From Paecilomyces variotii (taxonomy: Eukaryota), in the NCBI GenBank assembly GCA_004022145.1, contig RCNU01000003.1: DNA of 64,000 nt; one strand, 5' to 3'. The notes under the pieces are model-generated. The model had not been told where the DNA came from, did no database searches, and saw only the letters and a program-made list of their open reading frames with translations. The translations under genes were made by a program, and so were the position numbers. Of the stretch, positions 51,436 to 64,000 are shown in pieces. Every line of letters begins with the position of its first letter. Within the stretch, counting starts at the first letter, position 1.

Positions 51436-53852
51436 TTACGCACTAATCGCGTTCTTGACCCATTTCTCCAGACCACCCTTGGCAATGATTTCCTGAACGT
51501 TAGGCGGGAGCTCGCCGACCTTGTGGGTCCACTTTGGTCCATTTTCACCTTCCTGGACCTCGATACGGCTCCTGCGCACATCCCAGGTCAGGGTCCAGCC
51601 AGTGCGACGGGTGAGCAGCTTCTCCTGAGGCTTAGCCTCATTCTTTGCGGAGAAGGTCTCTCGGAGACGGCTAACCAGGCGGGGAACCTCAAGGCCCATA
51701 AGAGCATTGTTGATACTGTTTCGGGAGAAGATGTTGCCAAAGCTACCGGAAACGACAAGCGGAATCTTCTTGGCGAGGATAGCGGTAGCGGCTTGTTCTC
51801 TGGAGCTACCACAGCCGAAGTTGTAGCCAGAGACCAGGATGTCACCCTCCTTTGCGATCGAGGAGAAGTCCGGGTCATAGTTTGACATACACACCTGAGC
51901 CATCGTCTCCACAGGCACATTGTCTTGATAGGTGTATTTACCAGGGTAGATACCATCGGTGTTGATGTTGTCAGCGTCGCAGAAGACGATCTCGCCAGAG
52001 ACGCGCTCAGGGAAGCCAGGGTAGACCTCAGTAAGGGCTCCGTCGTTCTCTTCAGCAGCCTCAGGGGCATCTTGGGGAGCGAAGCGCTTCTCACCGTCAG
52101 CGACCAGTTCATCCAGTTGGCCAATGACCTTCTCCAGCGCTTCTTCAGCAGTAAGCATGCGGTCTTCCTCCCGAATACCGTCACCCTCTCCCCGGACGAC
52201 CTCGGTCCAACCCTCAGGTCGCTGGTACCAGCCAGGTCCGCTAAGCTTTCCGCTCAACGCACTAGCCGCGACGACCTCAGGGCTGCCGAGATAGGCCTTC
52301 GCATCTGTGCTGCCCATACGGCCCTTGAAGTTACGGTTAGACGCACTGATACCGACCTCTCCGGGCTCCAGAAGACCAGTTCCAAGCCCAATGCACGGGC
52401 CGCAGCCAGCAGGAAGAGGGGTTGCACCAGCCTCGAGCAGAGTCTGCCAGTCACCGGCATCCTCAGCGGCAATCTGCTCAGGCAAGGAAGCAGCTGCAAT
52501 GTAGAACTGTACGCCATCAGCAATCTTGGGGATCTTGCCGCCATTCTTGGCAGCAGCATCCTTGAAGACTCTGGCGGCCGCTGCAATGTCAGAAGCGCGG
52601 GAGTTTGTGCACGAAACCAGATACGCCTTGTTCACCTTGATGTTCTGTGCCTCTAGCTCATTAAGAGGGGTTGCCACCTTAACAGAGTTAGGACCAGAAA
52701 CATAGGGAGAAAGCGTGGAAAGGTCCAGGAAGAGTTCCTTGGCGTACTTGGCTCCCTTGTCAGCCGTAAGAGGGTTGGCGAACAGCTGCTCCAACAGAGG
52801 ATGAGTGAAGCGCTGAGCAGCCAACGACTTGTAAGGGCCATTGGCCAGGCCCATGGCTGCGGTGGTAGCCTTGGCCCTGAGCCATCCCTTCAGGACACCA
52901 TCAATCGGGAACAGACCAGACAGGGCACCCCATTCGGTAGTCATGTTAGCGATGGTCAAGCGATCATCCACCGTCAGACTGCGCATCGTCTCCTCAGAAC
53001 CAGTAAATTCGATGGCGTGGTTCAGGACGTCGTCCTTGCTAAAAAGACCGCAGAGAGCAACAATGACATCCTTTCCGGTCACACCGGGGGGCAGAACCCC
53101 CTTGAAGGTGACCTTTGCAACAGGAGGAATTTGCCACCATGTCTTACCAGTTGCCCAGATACTGGCGCCATCTGTTCTGACAATTGGCGTACCCAGACAG
53201 CCTACTCCTCCGTACATGTTGCTGTGACTGTCCGAGGCGACCACCAGACTTCCGGGCCAGGCATATCCTTCTTCGACCATAATCTGATGTCCGATGCCTC
53301 TGCCTGCCGGATAGAATTCGACGCCATGCATCTTTGCGAATTCTTCAATCTGTCTGTACTTCTGGAGGTTCTTGTCACTCTTGTTCTGCACATCGTGGTC
53401 AAGAGTCATCACAATCTGCTCAGGGTTGTGCAGCTTCGACGCGCCGATGGACATGAACTTGAGCGCAACCGGCCACGAGTTGTCATGGGTCATGCACTTG
53501 TAGGGCGCGATCGTCACATAGTCTCCCGACTTGACGAACTTGTCCTTGGGCAGGTCAACGGAGAAATTCTGGACGATCTTTTCCGTCAGAGTCTGAGGCA
53601 CCGCCTTGGACGACTTCATAGAAGTCCAAACAGCGGAGGAAGTCGCATCCTCCAGCTGCGAGTGGAAGACCTCTTGCAAGGACGCTCTCGAGGAGGAAAA
53701 GGTACGTATCCGAACAACAGCCGGCAACGGCAGCCGCTGGAGCATCCAGCGCCTACCGTAACCGCCAAGCTGCATAGACCTCGACTGCGATCGGTCAGTC
53801 AATCAATCGTTTTGTGCAATATGCAAGAAACGCGTCTGATACTTACAGTCAT
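51436..53852 (-). CDS. lysF: Homoaconitase, mitochondrial (alpha-aminoadipate lysine pathway)
   Basis: [41 protein letters not shown] and [10 protein letters not shown]. Probable 2-codon first exon (ATG ACT) with intron 53846-53785. Confidence 0.97.
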
Positions 53853-54397
53853 CCTGCCGGCTTCTCAGGCACGCTGTGACTCCGTCGGATATTTCTTGAG
53901 GCAAGTGAGAGTCCCTGCGGTCTCTCCAGCAAATGAAAGCGCTTGCATTAAATTCTCTGGGGAAACGGAATATCAGGCAAACATAGCAAACACGCCAAGA
54001 CTGCGCCGCGATCGGAGCATGTCACGGGCTTTTCGTCTTTTTTTTAAAATTTCGCGACTTGGAGGGGCAGTCAGAACAAGTGATCGTCATGCGAGTAATA
54101 TAAAACGGGATGGAGCAGATATCTGTCCCTCAGAGATATACTGCGTCCAGTGTCCCTGGATTGCCCGATAAGAACGCGACAGAGGACTCGAAATAATCAC
54201 TGAGTAGGCGCGGCCAGAGGCTCGTCGATGACGCCAGTCTATCACAGGACCCCGCCAATGTAGAAAGATAACCCTGGCTGTGCGACGTCACAGCCATCAC
54301 GGCAAACCACTGATAGAGACAAGAGAGTATACTCGATGTAGGGATCTTCCGGCTTCGAATTCTTAGCTTGTGAACCAGCAATTCATCGCACGGCGTC

Positions 54398-54404
54398 TGA
54401 CTCA
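54398..54404. promoter_or_regulatory. Gcn4/CpcA response element TGACTCA in the lysF-SER1 divergent promoter
   Basis: Perfect TGACTCA at 54398-54404 and a TGACTC core at 53877-53882, between two amino-acid biosynthesis genes. Confidence 0.55.
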
Positions 54405-54673
54405 CCCTGGCCTTGGAATGGTTTCACTATATCTACTCCGGGACGGCCCCATGTCGTAATTAGGACCAGTGTCCCCCGCTACTTTCCCTCTGGAATCCTT
54501 CCATCTCCCCCGTGGTGAAAGCTCCAGTGTACATGTTCGCAGCTTCATCTTCCTAGTTTCTGTCTCAATTCCATTCTTTGTTTGTTCTACTATAGGCACC
54601 AGTTGAACGCTGGTGCTTCTCCCAAGCTTTCCCTGAACAGTCAGTCTTCTGCGCCCCCGAGAAGAAAAAAAAA

Positions 54674-56072
54674 ATGCCCAGCAGAGAGGAAGTCGCCTAC
54701 TTCGGTGCAGGCCCAGCGCCTCTGCCCACCTCTGTCGTCGAGGCCGGAGCGAAGGCATTTGTCAACTACAATGACACCGGTCTTGGTCTCGCTGAGATCT
54801 CCCATCGTTCTCCCACAGCAAATAAAATCCTGGAGGACGCCAAGAACAGCCTGCGCACCCTGTACGACATTCCGGACAACTATGATATCCTGTTCATGCA
54901 GGGCGGTGGCAGCGGCCAGTTCAGCGCCGTGGTGCAGAACTTGGTCTCTATTTATGTTGAGCGAAGAAGGCGTCAAGCAGAGAAGGACACGACCATGACA
55001 AATCCGGATGCAGACAAGCAGACGATCGCAGATTTGGTCAATCTCAAACTCCGCAAGGAGGTCGAGGAAGATCTCAAGGTCGACTATATTGTCACTGGCA
55101 GTTGGTCACTGAAGGCTTCACAGGAGGCTGCCAGACTCCTCGGATCCAAGTATGTCAACATTGCTGTGGATGCCAGAGAGGCCAATGGCGGAAAGTTTGG
55201 CAAGATCCCGCCGGAAGATACCTGGAAGCTCACTCCTACGAGGAAAGAGCAAGGCAAAGGCTCGGCGTTTGTCTACTACTGTGACAATGAGACTGTGGAT
55301 GGGGTCGAATTTCCAGGTTTCCCCAAATGTCTAGAACCCCAGGGAGGTGGCGAGGAGGACGAAAGGATGATCGTGGCAGACTTCAGCTCGAACTTCCTGA
55401 GTCGAAAGGTCGATGTCAGCAAGTACGCCGTGATCTTCGTAAGTGGTGCCCTCATGCCTCGTGCCGTATCATTCGCAGCCTTCTTCCTAACTTGTCTCAT
55501 AGGGCGGTGCTCAGAAAAATGTAGGTATTGCTGGAATAAGCATCGTGATTATTCGCAAGTCTCTGCTGCCTCCTGAGACTGCGTCGCCCCCGCCATCTCT
55601 TCTACACGATTTCCACGTTGGCGGTCTTCCGGTCCCGATCGTGCTTGACTATGGCGTCACCGCCAAGAACAACTCGTTATACAACACACTCCCCATCTTC
55701 AACTTGTGGGTAGCGGCCGAGGTTATGGCCGACCTGGTCAGGAAGCACGGAGACAAGAAGATTGGTGGACAGGAGGAAATCGCCAACCGCAAGGCTGAGT
55801 TGATATATGGAGTCCTGGATAAGTACCCGCAGGTTTACCAGGTGGTGCCCGACAAGAGCGTCAGAAGCAGAATGAATATATGCTTCCGCGTCCATGGGGG
55901 TGACGACCAGAAGGAAAAGGAGTTCCTGGCTGGTGCTGAGAAGCGACTGCTTCAGGGTCTGAAGGGTCACCGCAGCGTCGGTGGCATCAGAGCGAGCAAC
56001 TACAACGCTGTGCCGCTGGAAAACGTTGAGAGACTGGTGAAGTACCTCGAGGAATACGCTTCCGGGCAATAA
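54674..56072 (+). CDS. SER1: Phosphoserine aminotransferase, 2 exons
   Basis: YFGAGPAPLP, EISHRS, QGGGSGQF, TGSWS, CDNETVDGVEF, F|GGAQKNVG (PLP lysine), SLYNT and GHRSVGGIRASNYN; intron 55439-55502. Confidence 0.97.
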
Positions 56073-56249
56073 TTTATCCAAGGGATACGATATATCGTTC
56101 AACCGGCAAGACATTATGTTTCATGAAGCGATGGGGGCGTTGGACCGCCTCTGAACGTATCGAACACGCCGCGAAGAGTCTTCTTTTTATGTCCATTTGA
56201 GGCGATATCTTTTGTACAGTTATTCAACATATTTTACAATTACCCAATG

Positions 56250-57323
56250 TCATAGTTTCCAAACGTTCCATTCTTTGAGATCCAGTTCTTTGATAATTCC
56301 TTGCAGTGGGCCTTGAAGTTCCCTTCCTTCGGCCCACAGCTTCGGACCAGCCATGTAGCTGATGAACCCATCTGGCCCAGAGACAAGGATTAACTTGCCT
56401 CCGTGAGTGCGACCGTCTCTCGATTTCGTGAACCTTGAGATCGATTGCTTGTCAATCATGGATCTCTCTTCATCGACAAAATAGTCGACAGTGACCTGAC
56501 CCGGAAACTGCGACTTCAGAGTTTCCAGCTCCTTCACAATGAGGCCCTTCGAAGGGTCTTCTGGTGCAGTAGCTGGTGTAGAACGAAAGAGCTTCCGCCA
56601 CCACGGTTCTTCGGTCGTGTTTGGATGACTATCATTAGAACCACCCAGACAGTCTTCTCTCTTCCTGCTTGCCCAGAGGATATGGATCCGTGAATCGGCA
56701 GATCCATTATCACGACGTAGGAGCGTGTATGCTGCTTGCAGGGCCGGAGCGATTCCGGTTCCACCAGCGATGAAAAGGATATCCTTGACATCAGGCGGGA
56801 TCTCGCACTCAATCTGCGGCCCTCGCATCTCGACCGTAGTCCCTAGGTTGAGGCCGTGAAGGTAACGCGAAACCTCCCCATGGGGGTCTCTGCGGATGAG
56901 AAACCGTAAGGGTTCTTGATCGCCCCCAGACGTATTTTCCAGAGCCCCCGACACCTGCTCTATTGGGGGCAACGGTGTATAATCCCTCCCGATCTGCAAC
57001 TGAGGTTGCTTAAACATGACACTCCATACTCCTGTTCGCCATGCTGTCTCATACACCTCTCGATTCTGACCTGGCTTGACTGGTCGTAGCGTAAATAAGC
57101 TGCTTGTGGAGGAGATGGGTTCCCGAGAGACGAGTTCGTACTCAGTGAAGGAGAATGGATTCAGCGTGGAATTCTTGGAGTCTTGCTGCCATCTGATATA
57201 AGCCCCAATTGCTCCTGCTGTGGCTGTTACGACGGCGACTCGGACAAAGATACGCTTTTTCGGCGGGGATGAGGAAACGCTGGAGGAATGGCGGAGCAAC
57301 GCACGAGTCGGGGACGATGGCAT
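56250..57323 (-). CDS. CYC2: Cytochrome b5 reductase-like flavoprotein (Cyc2-type); start 57323 or 57386
   Basis: KQPQLQIGRDYTP, GEVSRYLH, RGP, FIAGGTGIAP and VSGPDGF; presequence plus one transmembrane segment. Confidence 0.85.
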   Translation of the reverse strand: MPSSPTRALLRHSSSVSSSPPKKRIFVRVAVVTATAGAIGAYIRWQQDSKNSTLNPFSFTEYELVSREPISSTSSLFTLRPVKPGQNREVYETAWRTGVWSVMFKQPQLQIGRDYTPLPPIEQVSGALENTSGGDQEPLRFLIRRDPHGEVSRYLHGLNLGTTVEMRGPQIECEIPPDVKDILFIAGGTGIAPALQAAYTLLRRDNGSADSRIHILWASRKREDCLGGSNDSHPNTTEEPWWRKLFRSTPATAPEDPSKGLIVKELETLKSQFPGQVTVDYFVDEERSMIDKQSISRFTKSRDGRTHGGKLILVSGPDGFISYMAGPKLWAEGRELQGPLQGIIKELDLKEWNVWKL

Positions 57324-57798
57324 CACGATTCTAGGCTGGCATGGTGCAGGCCAAGGGAACGCCTGCCCACGGAGTCGAGGCGTCATTGAAAGGATCTGAA
57401 GACCAGACGGAAGGATCTCATGGCGGCATGAAATAGAGTAAGTTAGTTACTATCGGAGACAACAATACCTTAATTAAAAGCTATGGCACTAACTTATCCT
57501 CCGGGGCTGCGGAGGCGCGCGCTAATCTATTTAGTATCGATCCGAGCGATGCAGAAGATCATCGCCAACTCCTGGCAGTGACTTCCTTGCGATCTCTCCG
57601 TTTTTTTCTACGCTCTGTTGTGCATTTTCAGCTCTTCCTTTTTGGCGTAAGACATCGTCGTCTTTCCCCCTTTCCCCGCCAGTGTGCTGGTCGAGTCGTC
57701 GGAATTCACTTCGCATCTCTCCGTGGAATGGCGGCGTTGATCTTGTTTCACTGACAATCGCAAGCCGCCTCCGCCTTTCTTCCTCAGTATCGCGCGTA

Positions 57799-59680
57799 AT
57801 GTCTCATATTGCTTTCTCTGAAGTGAGAACGCAATCCGGAAACCATGATACTCGAGATTCTCTAGAGCTGGCTTCTCTGGCATCCTCAGAGTCTCCTGGC
57901 TCTGTAGGACGTACGTCTCTGTCGTCATCCCCGTCCGGCGCGGCCTCATCGCGCAAGCTGTCCCTTGACGACGACGATCCTCTTGCTGGCACAGCGCCAG
58001 GTGTCAACGACGATCGCCCCAGGCCTGGACGCTCCTACTCGATATCGTCTGCCTTCGACTTTGGAAGCACCCTTTTCCCGCTGTCGCAAACAAATGGCGG
58101 ATATGCCCCCCTCGGCGCCCCGTCACAATTCTCCTTGGACCGTCAGAACGGGATTCTGACTGGCTCGTTGGAGAAGAATAAAACATTGACATACCTGAAT
58201 GGACTATCTCTGATTATCGGCCTCATCATCGGATCGGGAATCTTTTCGTCGCCAAGCCAAGTGAATGCGAATGCAGGGTCCCCGGGTGCTTCGCTCATAG
58301 TGTGGGTGGTGGCAGGTCTGCTGGCATGGACTGGTGCGGCAAGCTATGCAGAACTGGGAGGAGCAATTCCACTCAATGGAGGCGCTCAGGTGTATCTGGC
58401 AAAGATCTTTGGGGAGCTTGCCGGATTCCTCTTCACGTGGTGTGCGGTGTTTGTTCTGAAGCCGGGATCTGCAGCCATTATTTCGATCATATTTGGAGAG
58501 TATGTCGTGCGCGCGTTCGTCGGAGCTGAGGTTGAGCACATCAACCCCTGGATCAACAAGGGCGTTGCCTTGGCGGGACTGTTTGTTGTCACGTTCTTGA
58601 ACTGTCTATCAACAAGGCTTGGGACACGTATCGGGGACCTGTTCATGTTCTTCAAGTTCATTGCCTTGGTGGGAGTGACAGTGACTGGAATCGTGGTTGC
58701 GATCACTGGTTTCTCATCGAAGGGAACGGCGAGTAAAGAATGGAAGACTACCGGCTGGTTTGAGGGCACGAGCACGGATGTCTCAGACTGGGCTGTGGCC
58801 CTATATGCTGGTCTCTGGGCTTTCGATGGATGGGACAATGTATGTATCCTCGAAGTTGCGCATGAATCCTTGCTAACTATTCTAGACGAACTATGTAACC
58901 GGCGAGTTCAAGAACCCAAATCGCGACCTTCCCCGCGTCATCCACACAGCGATGCCGCTGGTCATCGTCTGCTACTTGATGGCGAACATCGCTTATTTTC
59001 TGGTGCTTCCACTATCGACGATTGAGAGCAGCAATACAATTGCTGTCCAGTTTGGAGGACAAGTCTTTGGACCTGTTGGAGCCCTCGTTTTGGCATTGGT
59101 TGTATCAGCTAGTTGCTTCGGAGCGCTCAATGCTACGACGTTCACCAGTGGCAGACTCGTGTATGCTGCCGGGAAGGAAGGCTACTTGCCTTCTTTATTT
59201 GGGAAACTCGGTATCCGCGGCTCTGCTGACACGACCGGCGGCCGATTGCGGCACCGTTCATGGTTTCGTAAGGCGTTATCGCGCTTGTTCGGAGATGATG
59301 TTGGAATTGGCTTCACGCCCATCAATGCGATGATCTTCAATGGAGTACTTACAGCAGCCTATACGATAGTAGGCGAGTTCGCCACATTGGTGACATTTTA
59401 TGGGGTTGCTGGATATACCTTTTACTTCCTCACTGTTCTCGGCCTGATTGTGCTGAGGATTCGTGAGCCTCGCTTGGAGAGACCCTACCGGACTTGGATC
59501 ACTACTCCTATTATTTTCTGCTGTGTCAGTCTGTTTCTGCTCAGCCGTGCCGTTATTGCGGAGCCACTTCAAGCTCTGATAGTTATTGCCTTTATCATGG
59601 TTGGTGTGCCTGTCTACTTCTGGCGAATCTACCAGCGTGATGGGAAACTCAAGTTCCCTGGTTGGAGATTTTGGAAGTAA
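57799..59680 (+). CDS. APC-superfamily L-type amino acid / methionine permease, 2 exons
   Basis: IIGSGIFSSP, SYAELG, GGAQVYL and WAFDGWDN|TNYVTGEFKNP; about 12 hydrophobic segments; intron 58840-58884. Confidence 0.93.
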
Positions 59681-60049
59681 AAGTCCAAAGACAGATGACA
59701 GATTGGAATCGAATTCGCAATTTTTGGGGAGCAAAGACATGATACTTCTATTTTACTGTCCGGTCTGGAGTTGAAACTTGAAGAGCTTACATGATACCCA
59801 TGCATAGTCGGTGAGGAGCTGGGAGAAACGACTTTACATTAGCTGGTCCTATTGGATGTTATATTATGAAAGAGGATTTTAGAGGCTCATGACTGGATCA
59901 CCTGAAGAGATCGCATTGGTGTTATAAGATGCAGAGAGGATAGCGGGTGTGCTCTTCTCTGTACGTACTCATAATCATAATTTTTAGAAGTACTTTGCAT
60001 CCTCTTCTCAGTTACTGATAAAGCCGCATCAGCAGCCTGATGCTTGAAG

Positions 60050-60270
60050 CTAGAAGGATATAATTTGGCATAGGTTTTCTTGCGGATCTCGAACCGAGCA
60101 GCAACTGATTCTGTAACGATAACCCAGACCTGGCCAGTGTGGCAATTCGAGCCCCCAGTAGTAGCGGCAGCGGTACCTTCTAGGTCTGCATCGTCCAGTA
60201 CGATCAAAGAAGCTTTGGCTCCAAGCTCCAGAATAATTGACTTCAGCTCTTTAACAGCCACTGAAGTTAG
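60050..60270 (-). pseudogene. Aldehyde dehydrogenase gene fragment
   Basis: ILELGAKASLIVLDDADLEGTAAATTGGSNCHTGQVW resembles ELGGK...DDADL...GQxC, but the catalytic Cys segment is lost and no flanking ALDH exons are visible. Confidence 0.65.
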
Positions 60271-61070
60271 AGTGCGGCCAAACCGGTCGATCCAGGGAAG
60301 TTGGTCTTCACAGCAGCTGTTGTTTCTAACGTGACATACTTTTTCAACTCGTCAAGACACTCAGCCATCTGATCCGGTGGCTTATTATTCAGAAGACTTC
60401 GACGCTCTAGATAGTTAAGGCCTGGCCAAAGGGGAAATGCTGCTTGCGCGACGGAGGCCGCTTTCTCTGCTTCGCCTGTAGAGGCGCCAACCGCTTTCCA
60501 TGGCTCCTTTCCATAATTGGGATCAAAAACAGAGAATGACTCTCCGGTCTATATCGAAAGACCGTCGATAATAGAGATACAGTATAAGCAGTCATCATAT
60601 ACAGACCTGACGCTTGCCATGGGCATACTTCGTGGAAAAGGCTCGTTCTTTAAAAGCTCTCTGCAGGAGCTCTCGTGTCCAGAGCTCCATATGGAGGAGC
60701 TAGGCAGTGATCGGTGGGACGAACCATTAAGAGACATCACGTCTAATATGAATTGACTATAATGGTTAGGCGGTGGTTCATTTATCAATAAAGGACTTTA
60801 TCGAGGCTAGGGGCAATGATCCTTTCATTTTACAAATAATTACCCCCACCCTTGGACAAAGCTAACTACTACCTTCGTCTCGATAGAGGAAACAGCTATC
60901 GAAAGTTATCTATCACTGACCATCTAGATACTTAGAACCCTTGACGGGTTACTATATTATTTCAAAGATGGCGTCTTTAAACTGCCTTGCTCTAAGCCAT
61001 GCCATCTGCTTTTTGTGTGACGCCTCGTTTTCCATTTCCCCTTTATCACGGTTAAGCAAGCAGAAGCATC

Positions 61071-63022
61071 ATGGAAAACTTCAGCCAACCAGACGACTTT
61101 GCCTCTACTGTATTCGACTATATCGTGGTGGGAGGTGGTACTGCAGGCATTGTTGTAGCTACGCGACTATCTGAGGACAGCAATGTGATTGTAGGACTGA
61201 TCGAAGCTGGGCCACCGGTGTTTGGAGAGCCCACAGTGGATGTACCTGGTAAGATGGGCCAGACAATTGGCACTCAATACGACTGGGCTTTTGAAACGGT
61301 GCCTCAAGTTGGTCTCTCGGGGCAGACATTGCCCTGGCCACGAGGCAAGATGTTAGGCGGCACCGGCGCCATGAATTTCTTAGTCTGGAACCGGGGCTGT
61401 CGCGAGGATTATGATGCATGGGCTGAGCTTGGCAATCAAGGTTGGGGCTGGGAGGATTTGAAGTGAGCACCGGTGAAAACTACTCGTTGTTGTTAACTGA
61501 TCTCATCACCGAAACAGGTATTACTTCAAGAAGACGGAGAGCTTTACGCAACCCTCCGCAGCTCAACAGCGTGAATTCATTACGCCCCATCGGATCAGCG
61601 ATCACGGCGTGGGTGGCCCAGTGCAGACAACTTACCCGTCCTTCGTTTCAGAAACGCATAAGTATTGGCATAGCACGTTGCAGAATCTGAACGTGGAAAC
61701 GAATCCTTCGCATCTCGGAGGCTCCAATGTCGGGGCCTGGACATCCGTGGTCAATGTCGATCCTAAAACTCGCACTCGAAGCTATTCAGCAACTGCTTAT
61801 TTGCGTCCAGTCACTGGCCGTACAAACCTGAAGGTCCTCACTAATGCTAACGTGGACGAGATTTTATTTGAGGCCGACAAGAGAATCGATGGAGATCTGG
61901 TAGCCACTGGCATCAAGTTTACCATCGATGGCCGCACCCTAAAGGCGCACTGCACGCGGGAAGTCATCCTCAGTGCTGGATCTGTCGGTTCTCCGCAAAT
62001 CCTGGAGCTATCTGGGATAGGCAACCCGGACATTCTGAAGAAAGCTGGTATTCAGACGAAAGTGGAGAATACCCATGTTGGGGAGAATCTCCAGGAACAT
62101 ATAAGTGAGTTTCTCTTCTTGTTTTTTCCAGCTTTGGCAAGACGGGTCAAACTTACACGAAGTTCGCGTAGTGTCCATGACGGTCTTTGAGCTCCGGTCC
62201 GATATTGTAACTCCAGATGACTATGCCGATGCTGAGTTTAAACGCAAAGCCGACCATTTGTATGAAACCACCAAGGGAGGACTCCTCACCGCTACCCCGG
62301 CATCAATGGTCTATCTTCCCGCTTCCAAGCTCTTCCCCGACTTGAGTAGTTTAGCTGAGAAGGCCCGAGAATTTACGACACGGCATCCCAAACCATCACG
62401 GGACTATATCTTGAACTCTATCCGGCAGCGACAGTTTTCTTCGGAATCGTCTCTTGGTCAAGTAGAATTCATTCTTGACCATGGCAACTATAGCCCTGTT
62501 TTCAAGAGCGAGTCAGGAAAGAAGTATGCGACCATGATGCAGGTTCTTCAGTATCCCTACAGCAGAGGCTCCATCCACATCGATCCGTCGGCTGCGACAA
62601 GCGGCAAAGTCATAATCGATCCCAAGTATTACCAAGGAGAGGGAGCAATCGATTACGAAGTCATGGTGCAGGCACAAGCCTTCGGAGATCTGATCTGCCG
62701 TACGGCTCCCTTGAGCGACATTGTTGTTAAACGGGTCTATCCTCCAGAGAATCCATCGCTCGACTGGCGACAATGGGTTAGCCATAACACCATTACTGAC
62801 TGGCACCCAATTGGCACTTGTTCAATGCTACCTCGGAAGAGCGGTGGTGTCGTGGACTCTCAGCTTAAGGTCTACGGAACGACTAACGTGAGGGTGGCAG
62901 ACGCGAGTGTATTTCCTCTTCACATCAGTGCTCACATCCAGGCGACTATCTACGCAGTGGCAGAGAAAGCGGCAGACTTGATCAAGCAGAAATGGGACTC
63001 ACCGTTACGGGCGAATCTCTGA
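61071..63022 (+). CDS. GMC oxidoreductase (AA3-like), no signal peptide, C-terminal RANL; 3 exons
   Basis: DYIVVGGGTAG, IEAG, RGKMLGG, EVILSAGSVGSPQILELSGIG, VGENLQEH, WHPIGTC, RVADASVFP and SAHIQAT. Introns at about 61463-61518 and 62105-62171. Confidence 0.95.
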
Positions 63023-64000
63023 CGGCCTGCCTGTCATCAAGCCGTATGTCATATCATGCGGGATAGGAGAGTAGTTGAGAAATCAATGTTCGAGATTCAC
63101 CACCGTATCAATGGCAAATGATCCTGGAAATATGGGTTTCTATATCGAATGAATAAATTGGATAGATAAAATGACCATGCCACTTTATACTAACACTATT
63201 ACTGAATACTCTACGGGGCTCTAGACATATTACGCTGTAAAAGTAAATTCCACCAGGCAAGAATTCAATGACATAGAAACACAAGGACTACCATCGGAGA
63301 TACCGCCGAATAGTATTATACAATCATTCAAGCACTCCATAATATTTGCAAGAGTACGCAAGCATGATAGGTTATGATCCGGTCCATTACCTTGTATAAG
63401 TACTTAAGATGATACATATTAGCAGAACAGCCGTATGCAACACTGACGTTGACAACTTCTATCCATTATCCAGTCAATAGAATTAACTCTAAATAATCAA
63501 ACAAAAAGAAAACTCCCGAGATGGCGAAAGGCTGCTCTACAAACAAGCAAAAGGTATCACAAACAGACGAATATCAGAATAGTAACGAACGCATATTTCT
63601 TCCCCAGGTCCCTAAACTGCCGCATATAGACTGAGATAGACACCCCATATTACGCCACATGCGCTACCGAAGACGACTCGTCTATCGACAGGGACGACGG
63701 TGTACATCAGAATCGACACCACGGGACGGAACTTGGAGCGAGCTACAGTTATAGGCCAGAAGTCCTAATATGGAGTTAGTACCTCTCACGCAGCGACATC
63801 TGTGAGATTTGAGATATGACTAGAGCCTCTAATCTCACGAGAATAGGAATAAAGGAATAAACACGTATACATACCTCGCAAATGAGGTCCCAGATCGTAG
63901 ACAAATTCGCGCCCTTGAGCAGATTAATAAGGAAAATAAAAATGACGATGTTCACAAAACCCGCGATCGTCTGATCCAGCATGAATTTGATAATAAAGTT

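Noticed and set aside
52801-54171. 456-aa plus-strand ORF (also 51925-52656)
   Set aside because: Antisense to homoaconitase; shadow ORF without recognisable domains.
63776-63982. 68-aa hydrophobic minus-strand ORF at the right edge
   Set aside because: No recognisable motif or clear splice structure.
1-64000. CRISPR arrays, rRNA, intact transposase or reverse transcriptase, PKS/NRPS backbone genes
   Set aside because: None seen; the sequence is eukaryotic, with no regularly spaced repeats or matching motifs.

Overview
Intron-rich filamentous ascomycete DNA (Eurotiales-like; GT-AG introns with CTRAC branch points). Most of the window is a conserved housekeeping block: Rag GTPase Gtr2, formate dehydrogenase, mitochondrial LeuRS, an Aim32/Apd1 ferredoxin, formin SepA, MSS1/MnmE, homoaconitase, phosphoserine aminotransferase, Cyc2 and an amino-acid permease. 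Interspersed are accessory genes (O-methyltransferase, a signal-peptide/KDEL ureohydrolase, an orphan 7TM protein, a sterol-type glycosyltransferase, a DUF6540-like protein, an APH-like kinase, a GMC oxidoreductase), one intron-containing tRNA-Phe and two pseudogene relics. The most striking unexplained element is a candidate polycistronic micropeptide locus at 48.0-48.55 kb, where the first three ATGs of the presumed transcript each introduce GRGGYN and the copies differ only at synonymous positions. Also notable: an in-frame first intron of FDH that would encode a mitochondrial presequence if retained, and a degenerate inverted repeat at about 9.6-10.0 kb. Gene models were assembled by eye from splice consensus and remembered family motifs; no searches were run.
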